Source: Leptolyngbyaceae cyanobacterium
Lineage (GTDB): Bacteria > Cyanobacteriota > Cyanobacteriia > Phormidesmidales > Phormidesmidaceae
Direction of reading: 5' to 3'
Length of the DNA stretch: 64,000 nucleotides
NCBI GenBank assembly: GCA_965263355.1
Contig: CBDHHL010000032.1
Coordinates: 960,001 to 1,024,000 of the forward strand
Positions 37,498 through 48,362 of this stretch are shown one piece after another. The position numbers were made by a program, and so were the translations under genes. Within the stretch, counting starts at the first letter, position 1; every line of letters starts with the position of its first letter. The notes under the pieces are model-generated. The model saw only the letters and a program-made list of their open reading frames with translations, had not been told where the DNA came from and did not search any database.

Positions 37498-39123
37498 CTA
37501 TTGTTTCAGATGATTAACCCACTCTCGTAGGTTTTCAGAAGCAACATCACGACCGCCAAGACCAAAGGCAATCGCAATTGCCACGGCAATGGCTCCCAAC
37601 AGTAGACCAAAGGCCAGATTGACAATGTTCGTAGCCACACCCATTTGCTGTAGAGCCATGGCTCCTACAAACGCAATGATGGCGATACGAGCTGCCTGGG
37701 CCAGGGTATTAGATGACGACATACCCATACCGTTAATGAGACGGAAAGCCAGGTTAGCCGCATACAGACCAATGGCAAAGACAACGACACCGCTCAACAC
37801 GCGGACTGAAACCGCCATGATGCTTCTGACAATTTGGGTCAAGGTATCAAACTGGAGTATCTCAGTGGCCGTAACTGCACCAAATAAGATAATGCCTACC
37901 AATACAATCAAACCGGCAATCTCGGAAGGTGTCTTCTGAGGAGCTTCTACCGCCGGGATGGGTTCACCTTCGGCTAAGGCAACTGGCTCAGCAGCTGCAG
38001 TACCAGACAGCTCAGATAGTCCTAGGATATCGGTGATATTGTCAAAGCCAATGCCCGATAGCAAACTGACGACTAAGTCAGATACAAATTGAGCAATGAA
38101 GTAGAAGATAACGAGAACAACACCGGCAGAAAGGATTTGAGGAATCTTTTCAAGCACGCTCTCCAGCATAACGATGGCAGGACCGGACACACCGTCAAGG
38201 TTAAGTTCAGTCAAAGCTGCGATCGCAACGGGGATCAAAATCAAGGTGTAGACCAAAATCCCTGCCAGACTGGAAACGGAGATACCATCATCTGGACGAG
38301 CTGCCAGACCAAACCGGGCACCAAAATTATCAGCACCGGTAGCCATCAACAGATTAGTCACAATGCCCTTCACAATATTGGCCACTAGCCAGCCAATACC
38401 AAAGACAATCACCGCTGTCAGAATCTGAGGAATTGCAGACAGGAACTCATCCAGTAACTCTTGAACAGGACCTAATAAACCAGGTAACTGTAAAGCACTT
38501 AGAACAAGCGGCAATGACAGTAGAAAGATAAACCAGTAAATGACATTACCCAAGGTCTCATTTACTTGATAGGAATTACCTTCAGAATCAACGCCAGTTT
38601 GCTCAGCTAAACGCTGATCTAAGTTGAAGCGGCCAAGACCGTTAACAACGGCGACCTTAGCCAGCTTGGCAATAATCCAGGTAACAAACAGAATGACAGC
38701 AGCACCTGCAATTCGAGGTACATACTCAAAAACGGTTTGAAGCAAACCGCTAATGGGCTGTGACACCGCATCCAGTTTGAGGGCGTTCAAAATGGCAATG
38801 ATAAAGAAGAGCATCACCACCCAGAACACGATACCGCCTACCGTATTTTCGATGGGTACATCATCACCAAGCCCAGCCTTGGTTGCCAGCTGATTGTCTA
38901 GATTTGTTTTACTGAGTAAAAACTTAGCAAATGCTTTGGCGATTGTGGCCACCACCAGTCCCACAATCAGCAGTAAAAAGGCACCTACTAAGCCAGGCAA
39001 GAAGTTACCTAACTGATTGCCGATGCTATTTGTAAATTGCTGAATCGGATTTGCTTGAGCAAGGTTGAACGTTGGATCCAAACTTAACCATTCAAAACCA
39101 ACCCACCCATGGAGTTGAGTCAT
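37498..39123 (-). CDS. TM-helix repeat membrane protein (CmpX / mechanosensitive channel-associated family)
   Basis: Repeated 'P.I..A.VI..' TM hairpins; C-terminal AFGLLLGAIAVAIAIAFGLGGRD. Confidence 0.85.
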   Translation of the reverse strand: MTQLHGWVGFEWLSLDPTFNLAQANPIQQFTNSIGNQLGNFLPGLVGAFLLLIVGLVVATIAKAFAKFLLSKTNLDNQLATKAGLGDDVPIENTVGGIVFWVVMLFFIIAILNALKLDAVSQPISGLLQTVFEYVPRIAGAAVILFVTWIIAKLAKVAVVNGLGRFNLDQRLAEQTGVDSEGNSYQVNETLGNVIYWFIFLLSLPLVLSALQLPGLLGPVQELLDEFLSAIPQILTAVIVFGIGWLVANIVKGIVTNLLMATGADNFGARFGLAARPDDGISVSSLAGILVYTLILIPVAIAALTELNLDGVSGPAIVMLESVLEKIPQILSAGVVLVIFYFIAQFVSDLVVSLLSGIGFDNITDILGLSELSGTAAAEPVALAEGEPIPAVEAPQKTPSEIAGLIVLVGIILFGAVTATEILQFDTLTQIVRSIMAVSVRVLSGVVVFAIGLYAANLAFRLINGMGMSSSNTLAQAARIAIIAFVGAMALQQMGVATNIVNLAFGLLLGAIAVAIAIAFGLGGRDVASENLREWVNHLKQ

Positions 39124-39522
39124 TTTTATCCCTATGCCTACTGAACATCTACATGTGCCGGGCGCGACACTCAGTGTAAGTGCAAATACGTCTGCCCTTA
39201 AGAGTACCGCTAAATATCATTTTTTCTCGCCGGAAGTCTTATAAATAGCAGACTTTGTAATCAAATCCCTGTATTTCTACGTACAACTTTGGATTTTGCA
39301 GCTATTTTTTGGGCCATTAAGCTTAGAATTGCTTAATTTCAATGTACGCAAAGACATCAGTTCCCATTCCCTGACAAGTTGCAGAAGACAGTCTTTTTAC
39401 CCAAAATTTAGTCTTGACAAACCATCAGACAGACAGTTAGCGCTGGGGGGATCAACGACCAAAAGATTGTTGACCTAGAGAATGCAAGGCAACACAACAG
39501 CGATCTTAGACTCAGCTCGGGA

Positions 39523-42216
39523 TCAACCGTCTAAGCTGATATCTTCAGGGGGATCGGTTTCAGCTGCCTCAGATGCACTGTCTGCGTCTGTTACCTCTGT
39601 GATCTCATCTGATGTGGACATGACACTATCTAAGCTTTCCTCAATTCCATCGCTAGACTCATCAAGGGTATCCTCCTCGTCAATATCTAATTCAGGAACA
39701 ACGGCAACGGCTGCGATCGCATCATCGCCATCCAAACGTTGCAGTTGTACACCAGTAGCCATCCGCGACTGAATAGAAATCGCATCAATTGCCTGACGAA
39801 TGATAATGCCACGCTGGGTGACCAACATCAGCTCATCACGAGGATTAACCACCCGTAAAGCCACAAGTTCATCGTTTTCCTTACGGAACTTTATGCCCAC
39901 AAGGCCCATACCTGCCCGATTTTGCAAACGGAACTGATCCACCGGCACCCGCTTACCCAAACCACCGGCAGCAATTACCAAAGCCCAGGGACCAATGTTC
40001 TCCTCAACAACCGTCTCTTCCTCAGCCTCTTCATCGCCCTCAGATGAACCAGATGCCGCCACCTGAGCAGTGACCGCAGCAGGCAGAATATCCATACTAA
40101 TCAGCTTGTCTCCGTCCCGTAGGGACATTGACTTTACCCCGCGAGTGGGACGACCTAACGGTCGCAGCTGATCGTTATCGGCTCTAAAGTGAATGGTCAT
40201 ACCCTGTTGCGAGCCAATAATAATGCTGTCCTCAGTCCGTGCTAACCGCACCCAACGCAGCTGATCGCCCTCCCCAAGCGAAATCGCAATCAGACCGTTA
40301 GCGCGAATGTTGCTAAACGCAGAAAGCGCTGTTTTCTTAATAAAGCCACCCTGGGTCAGCATGACCAAATACACATCTTCAGTAAATGCCTGCACCCCTA
40401 ACACAGAAGTTACCTTTTCCTCACGGGGAATCGGCAACATTTGCACAATGGGGTTACCCCGTGACACTCTGGACCCTTCCGGTATCTGATAAGCCCTGAG
40501 GGTATAGGCCACCCCTCGATCAGTAAAAAACAATACATGATCGTGGGTACAACAGGTCATGAAATGCTCAATGGCATCGTCATCCTTCATGCGTGTGCCT
40601 GACTTACCACGAGTCGCCCGGTTTTGAGCTTCAAAGGTGGACACGGGCATGCGCTTAATATAGCCCTGCTCAGTCAATAAAATGACCACCTGCTCATTGG
40701 CAATTAGAGAAATATCGGTGAGTTCATCTTCCGCCGCTTCAATCACAGTCCGTCGCTCGTCGGCATGGGCCACACGCAGCTGCTGCAGTTCCTCTTCGAT
40801 GATGGCCAAAATTCGCTCTCGGCGAGCCAGGATATCGCGCAAATCAGTGATTTTCACCTGAAGTGCTTCATGCTCTTGCTGAATCTTGTCGGCCTCTAGG
40901 GCGGTTAGACGGCGTAGCTGCATCTGCAAAATGGCATCGGCCTGGGCAGAGGACAGCTCATAGGAATCCATCAACTCCTGCTTAGCGGTGGCCACATCGG
41001 CCGCATGGCGGATCAGCGCAATGACTGCATCCAGATTGTCCAGGGCGATCAGATACCCTTGGAGAATATGGTCTCTCTCTTCAGCCTTACGTAACTCGTA
41101 GCGGGTACGACGGGTAATTGTTTCTATCCGAAAATCCAAAAAGACTTCTAGAAATCTTTTCAATGTCAACAACTGCGGCTCACCGTTGACTAAAGCCAGC
41201 ATGTTGACACCAAAGTTGTTCTGTAGAGGTGTCTGTTTATAGAGATTGTTGAGCACGACCTTAGGATAAGCGTCCCGCTTGAGTTCAATGACAACTCGCA
41301 TGCCATCGCGATCGCTCTCATCTCGGATATCGGAAATACCATCTAGACGGCGATCGTTGACCATCTCGGCAATCTTCTCAATGAGGCCAGCCTTGTTGGT
41401 CTGATACGGCAGTTCAGTGATGATAATCGCTTCACGGTCAGGCCGTCCCGAATATTCTAACGTTTCAATGGCAGCTACCCCTCGCATGGTGACAGACCCA
41501 CGCCCCGTCAGATAGGCATCTCGAATGCCGTTACTACCGACAATCAAGGCTCCAGTGGGAAAATCTGGACCATGAACATGCTGCTGCATCAGCTCTTGGC
41601 TGGTAATCTCAGGATTTTGAATCAGGGCGATCACACCATCCACCAACTCTCCTAAATTGTGAGGAGGAATATTGGTCGCCATCCCCACCGCAATCCCAGA
41701 AGACCCATTCAGCAACAGCTGAGGCAACCGTGCAGGCATTACCGTCGGTTCTTGCTGAGAACCATCAAAGTTATCGGCAAAGTCAACGGTCTCGGATTCG
41801 ATGTCTTGGAGTAAGGCCGCCCCCGTCAGCGCATGCAGCCTCGATTCTGTGTATCGCATGGCTGCTGGCGGATCGTTGTCAATGGAACCAAAGTTACCAT
41901 GGCCATCAATCAAGGGGGACCGCATGGAAAAGTCCTGCGCCATCCGTACCAGGGCGTCATAGACCGCCGTATCTCCGTGGGGATGGTATTTACCAAGAAC
42001 CTCACCCACAACACGGGCGCACTTACGAAAGGGTCTGTCCGCAGTTAATCCCAGTTCGTGCATGGCATAGAGAATGCGACGATGCACCGGTTTGAGACCG
42101 TCCCTGGCATCTGGTAAGGCTCGTCCCACAATGACGCTCATGGCGTACTCTAGGTAGGACCGGGACATCTCGTTGCGCAGATCGGTGGATACAATCCGCT
42201 CTTGGGGATTACTCAT
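39523..42216 (-). CDS. gyrA: DNA gyrase subunit A
   Basis: [41 protein letters not shown], GyrA-box-like QNRATRG, CTD repeats, acidic tail. Confidence 0.97.
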   Translation of the reverse strand: MSNPQERIVSTDLRNEMSRSYLEYAMSVIVGRALPDARDGLKPVHRRILYAMHELGLTADRPFRKCARVVGEVLGKYHPHGDTAVYDALVRMAQDFSMRSPLIDGHGNFGSIDNDPPAAMRYTESRLHALTGAALLQDIESETVDFADNFDGSQQEPTVMPARLPQLLLNGSSGIAVGMATNIPPHNLGELVDGVIALIQNPEITSQELMQQHVHGPDFPTGALIVGSNGIRDAYLTGRGSVTMRGVAAIETLEYSGRPDREAIIITELPYQTNKAGLIEKIAEMVNDRRLDGISDIRDESDRDGMRVVIELKRDAYPKVVLNNLYKQTPLQNNFGVNMLALVNGEPQLLTLKRFLEVFLDFRIETITRRTRYELRKAEERDHILQGYLIALDNLDAVIALIRHAADVATAKQELMDSYELSSAQADAILQMQLRRLTALEADKIQQEHEALQVKITDLRDILARRERILAIIEEELQQLRVAHADERRTVIEAAEDELTDISLIANEQVVILLTEQGYIKRMPVSTFEAQNRATRGKSGTRMKDDDAIEHFMTCCTHDHVLFFTDRGVAYTLRAYQIPEGSRVSRGNPIVQMLPIPREEKVTSVLGVQAFTEDVYLVMLTQGGFIKKTALSAFSNIRANGLIAISLGEGDQLRWVRLARTEDSIIIGSQQGMTIHFRADNDQLRPLGRPTRGVKSMSLRDGDKLISMDILPAAVTAQVAASGSSEGDEEAEEETVVEENIGPWALVIAAGGLGKRVPVDQFRLQNRAGMGLVGIKFRKENDELVALRVVNPRDELMLVTQRGIIIRQAIDAISIQSRMATGVQLQRLDGDDAIAAVAVVPELDIDEEDTLDESSDGIEESLDSVMSTSDEITEVTDADSASEAAETDPPEDISLDG

Positions 42217-42541
42217 ACAGAAAGGAGACTCCAAACAATTGGAAAAACAAAATCCTAACTTAATCGCCTAAATGTAACAGGTCCTTAGTATCCTTTTGTA
42301 AGGGTCTTAGGAAGGGGGAGCTTGAGATCAAGTTTTCCTGGAAAATTTTCATTCAGAATAGCTAAGATTCTAGCACATTATTTATATTCTTGATGGACTC
42401 CATACCCCATTAAACAAAGGGCTTTAAGCCAGATCGTTCAGGACTATCCAACCCCACAAATTCTCAACGGAGATAAATCACCAGGGGAGAACAGTAAATG
42501 AGCAAATGTAATGTCCTCTAAAAACTCTGGAGAGAAAAACA

Positions 42542-43492
42542 ATGGTGACCGCCAATGCCCCTTTTCAGCCTCCTTTTCGGATTATTTATTCTGAGCGTTT
42601 TTTGGAGCACGACACGGGCCTTGGTCATCCGGAAAATGCAGGCCGTTTAACGGCAATCGTCACAGCCTTAAAAGCCCACCCGTTAGCCCAGCATCTGGAG
42701 TGGGTAGAGCCGAGCGATCGCAACCCTCTCCCTTGGATCAACGTAGTCCATGATCCGGCTTATGTGGTTACTCTCCAGCGTCTTGCCGAACGGGGTGGCG
42801 GTCATCTAGATGGCGATACTCCAGTTTCCACAGGGAGTTACGACATTGCCCTATTAGCCGTATCCGCCTGGTTAGACGGTGTAGACCATGTGCTGCAGAC
42901 AACGCCCAGTCAAGGATTTGCCCTAGTCCGCCCCCCCGGTCATCATGCCGAATACGCCCGCGGCATGGGGTTTTGCCTACTGAGCAATGCTGCTATTGCA
43001 GCGCACTATGCCCTAGACCAACCTGGGATTGACCGTGTTGCCATTCTCGATTGGGACGTTCACCACGGAAACGGGACCCAACAGGTAGTCAGTAATCACC
43101 CCAAAATTGCCTACTGCTCATTACACCAAATGCCCGCCTACCCAGGCACCGGACAAGCCAGCGAAACCGGCAGCCATGGCAATGTGTGCAATATCCCGAT
43201 GGCACCGGGCAGTGTATCGAAAGACTATCAAACTCAATTTGAACAGCAGGTAGTCCCCTTTCTCACTCAGTTTCAGCCAGATTTACTGCTCGTGAGTGCA
43301 GGTTATGATGCCACCGCTGCCGATCCCCTAGCAGGGATCAATTTAGGCCCTACAGACTATGGTCTGTTTACGTATATCTGTAACGACATAGCCCCCCGAG
43401 TCCTGTTTGGACTGGAGGGGGGCTATGACTATGGAGCCCTTAGTCAGTCAGTTATTGCCACCATTGAAGCAGCGATGCAGGATAAAGCCTGA
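42542..43492 (+). CDS. Histone deacetylase family protein
   Basis: HPE..RL, RPPGHHA, GMGFC, DWDVHHGNGTQ, SAGYD, LEGGY. Confidence 0.95.
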   Translation: MVTANAPFQPPFRIIYSERFLEHDTGLGHPENAGRLTAIVTALKAHPLAQHLEWVEPSDRNPLPWINVVHDPAYVVTLQRLAERGGGHLDGDTPVSTGSYDIALLAVSAWLDGVDHVLQTTPSQGFALVRPPGHHAEYARGMGFCLLSNAAIAAHYALDQPGIDRVAILDWDVHHGNGTQQVVSNHPKIAYCSLHQMPAYPGTGQASETGSHGNVCNIPMAPGSVSKDYQTQFEQQVVPFLTQFQPDLLLVSAGYDATAADPLAGINLGPTDYGLFTYICNDIAPRVLFGLEGGYDYGALSQSVIATIEAAMQDKA

Positions 43493-43493
43493 T

Positions 43494-46124
43494 CTAGGCC
43501 TTCATCTGGGCAACTTCAGGAGTTTTTTCCACATTGCCAATGACAATCTGCACCTGGTCTGGATTTGCCCAGAGAATGAGACGAGGCATGTAGGCACTGC
43601 TGAGATATTCGTGCTTAGGCAACACGCGCATCGAGAAACCTTGAAGACCACTCTGGTTGTAGGCCACATTTAAGCTATAGAGGCTACTGCCATCACCATC
43701 CTGACCGCGATGGACCATTGCCGTCGCTTGGCCGCCCTGAAGTTCACCATCAATATCGATGCCCCCTTGGTAAAATTCCACCGATACATCCGTTGGCTTG
43801 AGATGGCCTAGATAGACTCGAGCAGTTACCTGTAGAGGCTCATTTACCTGAAGATCCACATCATGGGACAGGTAAATTTCGGCGATGGAAATGTGCGGCC
43901 AATGTTGATACAGTTCTGACTGCCATTGGGCTAATACTCTAACTGGAGCATAATCATCGGTGACTAACTGACGGCCCCGGTCCGAAGCTGCAAAATAACC
44001 TTGATTGGCATAATCTTGAAGCATACGGGCCGTATTAAAGGCTGGCGTATTTAACCGAATAGCAGCCTTCATCTTTGCCACCCAACCCCTGGGAATACCA
44101 TGGCTATCCCGCTCATAGAAGAGTGGTACCACTGCGGTTTCGAGCAACTCATAAAGGTCATTAGCTTCAACCTCATCCTGATAGTCAGGATCGTCATAGT
44201 CCTCACCGGAACCAATGGGCCAACCGGTGCTGACATAGTCGGCCTCATCCCACCAACCATCGAGCACACTGAGGTTGGGTAAACCATTCATGGCCGCTTT
44301 CATCCCGCTAGTGCCGGATGCTTCACGGGGACGACGAGGATTATTGAGCCAGACATCACAGCCCGATACCATCCAACGAGCGACATGAATATCGTAATTA
44401 GGGACAAACACAATGGAGCGATCTAACCCCTCATCACGGGTGAAGTGAATAATGTTACGGATCAGCTCTTTACCAGGAATATCCTTAGGGTGAGCCTTAC
44501 CGGCAATCACAAATTGCACCCGACGCCCCAAAGAGTTTTCAACAATCTTACGCAGCCGCTCCACATCTCTGAGGAACAATGTGGCTCGCTTGTAAGTGGC
44601 AAATCGACGGGCAAACCCAATGGTCAAAATGCTCGGGTCTAGCACTTCTTGGGCTCGCTCCATTTCTAAATGGGATCCCCCGCGCTCCTTAACGGCCTTA
44701 TGCAAGCGGTCCCGAACAGATACCACCAAATGGGAACGGCAACTTTCATGGTTGCGCCAAATTTCCTCATCGGGAATAGCACTCACCTTATCCCAGAGTG
44801 GATCATCCACACCTACAATGTCCCAATTGGGGCCAAGGTAACGGTCATAGAGTTCCTGGGTGGATTTGGCCACACAGCTACGGGCATGCACACCGTTGGT
44901 AATAGATGTAATGGGAACTTCGTCCACAGGTAAGTTGGGCCATAGCCCGCCAAACATAGTTCGGGACACAGCGCCATGGAGCTTACTCACACCATTGACA
45001 AACGACGCCATTTTAATGGCTAAAACCGCCATACTAAATGGCGCATCACCATCCGCATCATCCTCACGACCAAGGCCCAGGAAATGCTCATGGGAAAGAC
45101 CAAAGCGAGCGGCATAATGGCCTAGATAGTGAAATACTTTATCCGGGGGAAAAAGGTCAATTCCTGCGGGTACCGGTGTATGGGTAGTGAACAACTGAGT
45201 TGCTTGGGCCATTTGCTGTGCTTCACCAAAGCTTAACCCCTTGTCATCCATCAGCATGCAAATGCGCTCTAGGGCCAGAAACGCAGAGTGCCCCTCATTG
45301 AGGTGATAGGCTGACGGGCTCAACCCTAGGGCCTTAAGCATACGGACACCGCCAATCCCCAACATCATTTCCTGGTGGATTCGCATATCAATATCGCCAC
45401 CGTATAAGCGATCGCAAATATATTGATCGTGGGGAGCGTTGGGCTCAATGTTCGTATCTAGCAAATAAAGCGGTACACGCCCCACGGTAACTCGCCAAAT
45501 ACGGGCATAAACCTTACGGCCCGGATAGTCTACAGTGATGCGCAGCTCGTTACCGTCACTATCCCGCTCCAGGGTAAGGGGCATATTATAGAAATCATTG
45601 ATGGGATAGCGCTCTTGCTGCCAACCATCAGCGTTCAGGTATTGAGCAAAATAGCCCTCCTGATACAGCAGGCCAACGCCCACCAGGGGTAGACCTAAAT
45701 CACTTGCTGTCTTGAGATGATCCCCAGCAAGTACCCCTAAACCACCTGAATAAACTGGCAGACAGGTAGTTAGGCCAAACTCCATCGAGAAGTAGGCATA
45801 ACATTCATGTTCAGTCGGGTTGGCCCGATTAACGTTGTACCACGATTGGGCATTCAGATAATGCTCTAAACGCTCCATAGCATGGTTCATCTGGGCAACA
45901 AACCCACCATCCTCAGCCACAGTCTGGAGACGCGCTTGACTAATGGTGCTAAGCATCAAAACAGGATTATAACGACTGGATGCCCAAAGATCGGGGTCCA
46001 ATCGCTTAAACAGGTCAATGGTGCCCACATCCCAATCCCAATGGATATTCTCAGCAAGCTGACGTAACGGAGCTAAAGAAGCGGGCAGTGTGGGTGTAAC
46101 GTTAAAGGTACGAATTGGGCGCAT
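43494..46124 (-). CDS. glgP: Alpha-glucan (glycogen) phosphorylase
   Basis: YFSMEFG, YSGGLGVLAGD, HLNEGH, GFARRFATYKR, EASGTSGMKA (PLP Lys). Confidence 0.96.
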   Translation of the reverse strand: MRPIRTFNVTPTLPASLAPLRQLAENIHWDWDVGTIDLFKRLDPDLWASSRYNPVLMLSTISQARLQTVAEDGGFVAQMNHAMERLEHYLNAQSWYNVNRANPTEHECYAYFSMEFGLTTCLPVYSGGLGVLAGDHLKTASDLGLPLVGVGLLYQEGYFAQYLNADGWQQERYPINDFYNMPLTLERDSDGNELRITVDYPGRKVYARIWRVTVGRVPLYLLDTNIEPNAPHDQYICDRLYGGDIDMRIHQEMMLGIGGVRMLKALGLSPSAYHLNEGHSAFLALERICMLMDDKGLSFGEAQQMAQATQLFTTHTPVPAGIDLFPPDKVFHYLGHYAARFGLSHEHFLGLGREDDADGDAPFSMAVLAIKMASFVNGVSKLHGAVSRTMFGGLWPNLPVDEVPITSITNGVHARSCVAKSTQELYDRYLGPNWDIVGVDDPLWDKVSAIPDEEIWRNHESCRSHLVVSVRDRLHKAVKERGGSHLEMERAQEVLDPSILTIGFARRFATYKRATLFLRDVERLRKIVENSLGRRVQFVIAGKAHPKDIPGKELIRNIIHFTRDEGLDRSIVFVPNYDIHVARWMVSGCDVWLNNPRRPREASGTSGMKAAMNGLPNLSVLDGWWDEADYVSTGWPIGSGEDYDDPDYQDEVEANDLYELLETAVVPLFYERDSHGIPRGWVAKMKAAIRLNTPAFNTARMLQDYANQGYFAASDRGRQLVTDDYAPVRVLAQWQSELYQHWPHISIAEIYLSHDVDLQVNEPLQVTARVYLGHLKPTDVSVEFYQGGIDIDGELQGGQATAMVHRGQDGDGSSLYSLNVAYNQSGLQGFSMRVLPKHEYLSSAYMPRLILWANPDQVQIVIGNVEKTPEVAQMKA

Positions 46125-46381
46125 AAATTATTTTTTTTGACAGCGAGTGCTTCAAGTCCACGAATATTCTGGCTCTGAAATTTGAATTAACGAGGGAGCT
46201 TTTACCCCTTTTTTGCCCTCAAGTGTTTTTATGTCAGTCCATAAACCAGCCGGAATCAAGGACTCTCATCAAAGCTAAAATTTTTCTTCAATTCAAAACA
46301 AGAGGCTGCTTTTTATTGCGTTCAATTGCTTTTTGTTTCATTTTGTTTTTTAGACGCAATGTAAATTGACAACCCCCACCT

Positions 46382-46703
46382 ATGACAAACGCCACAATTA
46401 AGGCTGCAATTGACATCGGTACCAATTCAATTTTGTTGCTTGTTGCTCGACACTCAGCGCAGGGTTCACCTGGGTTAGTGCCCCTGATTGATCAGGCCCA
46501 AACAGTGCGCTTGGGAGAACATCTATTGTCCACTGGACTGCTTTCACCTCAGGCTATTGAGAGAACATTACATGGGCTCTATGAGTATGTCGAGCCGATA
46601 TTATTTGCCTGCAATGGCTATCTTGATAACGTTGCTGCAGGGCTTAAACATTGACACGGTTCAAATCAGTGTTCGAGGTGCACGTTATGGGGTTTTACTC
46701 TGA
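46382..46703 (+). pseudogene. Ppx/GppA phosphatase remnant (large internal deletion plus frameshifts)
   Basis: N-terminal AAIDIGTNSILLLVA..VRLGE..AIERTL joined directly to out-of-frame C-terminal RADII/..AILITLL..ISVRGARYGVLL. Confidence 0.85.
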
Positions 46704-46736
46704 AAACAATCAGCCTAGTTTATTACTAGCGTGATA

Positions 46737-48128
46737 TTACTGACGTGCCCCTTTGAGTCGACAACCAACCCCTCCTCGTTCCTGAAGGCTCTTTTGAGCC
46801 ACTTTTTGGGGGCTAAAAAACACATTTTGAACAACCTTCCATTCTTTGATCATCAATACCTCAAACAGTTCTTCCTGTTCCTTTAAACCACCGTTAGTGA
46901 TGTAATAGATCAAGCCATCGGCTGCCTCTACAAACTCTCCGTTAAAAAAGTTATAAAACATATCCCTTTCAAGACTCTTCCGTCGGACCTCTAAGCCAGC
47001 AGCATGGAGGTCTTTCGCGGCATCTTCTTCCAAGCTACATTGCAGCTCTAGCTTTGCCGCCTTTTGTTCTGTTGTCGTACAAGGTACCAGCTCTGCCATC
47101 TCTATGGCATCTTGAAGGGCAACATGGCTGTCATTAAGAACCACAACACCATGACCGAGAAACAACATCCCCATATCCAAATGAAACTTACCCGGCTGTT
47201 CTACACAGACCACCTGCTCAATGTTGTCTAGACCAAAGTCCTCAGCGATCACGTTTCTAACTTCATCATGACTGAGTTGGTAAATATAGGCTGTGGCTGC
47301 GATCGCATCTTTACCAATCAGAAGGATCGGATTCCCTGTAGCATCCTCACCTGGAATCATATTGCCACCTTCTATATAGGCTCGGATATACCCGACCTGT
47401 CGCCCCTGCATCCGAGCTATATGCTCCCGTTCTAGGCCCGTTTTCAATTCATTTACCCTCAGCCCCAGCAAAATCCAGAGATGATCATCCCGTAAGATCT
47501 CCTCTAGTTGTTCTGGGCACATTTTCCCTTGCCATCGTTCTCTTCTGCCCATTTTCATAGCCCAGTCAAGCAGATCGTTATCAAATAATCGGAGAACTGC
47601 CATCTGACCATTTTGCAAATACTCCACACTATCCTCAGCCCATTTTGATACAGGCTTTTGGCTAGTGATCACGTTGTAGTTCAATGTTTTGTAGTCATCT
47701 TTTAAGAGTTCTTGTGCAATCTCTTCTTGGCAGCTGGGGTCAGTCAAAATTTCCAGATGCAATCCCAGTCTCTGAACTATCTTTGCAAAAAATCTTAAAT
47801 GCTCTCTTTCAGTTTCAACAGACGTCTCAGTTTGACTTCGCATGTAGTTCATATGCAAAACATTTGTGCGACCACTGGGCGTCTTCTTTTGTGGCGACAA
47901 CCCGGCTGTATCGACCGCAGGTAGTTGAGCCCTTATCCTTGCCTTGATCGCCTCTATATCCACTCCATCAGCGGCACCATCTTCAAGGTATCTTAGGCGC
48001 TTATGCAGCGTGACTAATGAAGGCTCTATGGCAGGGTCGTCTGTTGTGTGTTCACCGACTTGGTCTACCCTACCCCTTTGAACATTCATGCTGCTATTCC
48101 AATCACGCGATTTCGCATCAATCCACAC
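46737..48128 (-). CDS. Hypothetical protein with pentein (agmatine/arginine deiminase-like) motifs
   Basis: 463-aa ORF; WAED, IEGGN, FHLD, YNFFN, GGVGC in the expected order; start may be 48089. Confidence 0.7.
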   Translation of the reverse strand: MWIDAKSRDWNSSMNVQRGRVDQVGEHTTDDPAIEPSLVTLHKRLRYLEDGAADGVDIEAIKARIRAQLPAVDTAGLSPQKKTPSGRTNVLHMNYMRSQTETSVETEREHLRFFAKIVQRLGLHLEILTDPSCQEEIAQELLKDDYKTLNYNVITSQKPVSKWAEDSVEYLQNGQMAVLRLFDNDLLDWAMKMGRRERWQGKMCPEQLEEILRDDHLWILLGLRVNELKTGLEREHIARMQGRQVGYIRAYIEGGNMIPGEDATGNPILLIGKDAIAATAYIYQLSHDEVRNVIAEDFGLDNIEQVVCVEQPGKFHLDMGMLFLGHGVVVLNDSHVALQDAIEMAELVPCTTTEQKAAKLELQCSLEEDAAKDLHAAGLEVRRKSLERDMFYNFFNGEFVEAADGLIYYITNGGLKEQEELFEVLMIKEWKVVQNVFFSPQKVAQKSLQERGGVGCRLKGARQ

Positions 48129-48362
48129 AATACATGATCAGGGTGTCCCCTGAGGCCAAGACGGTCCTGGGAAAGTGAAGCACGTAGTCAATTACTGCCC
48201 TGATATTGAGTTGTAATAATTCCTCAAAGTTTACAGGCCCCAACCTTAATAAAATGGTAACAATACATACTGTTTAGAATGGGCTGGATTACTGCCTTTG
48301 TTGAGAACAACAGCTTGCAGCCCCAGTGCAACCTATACAACTATAAAAGTAGGAGACGGTAA

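Noticed and set aside
41960..41990. GyrA Thr at the Ser83-equivalent position ([10 protein letters not shown]) as acquired quinolone resistance
   Set aside because: Thr here is a common natural state in cyanobacteria and other taxa; no intein is present either
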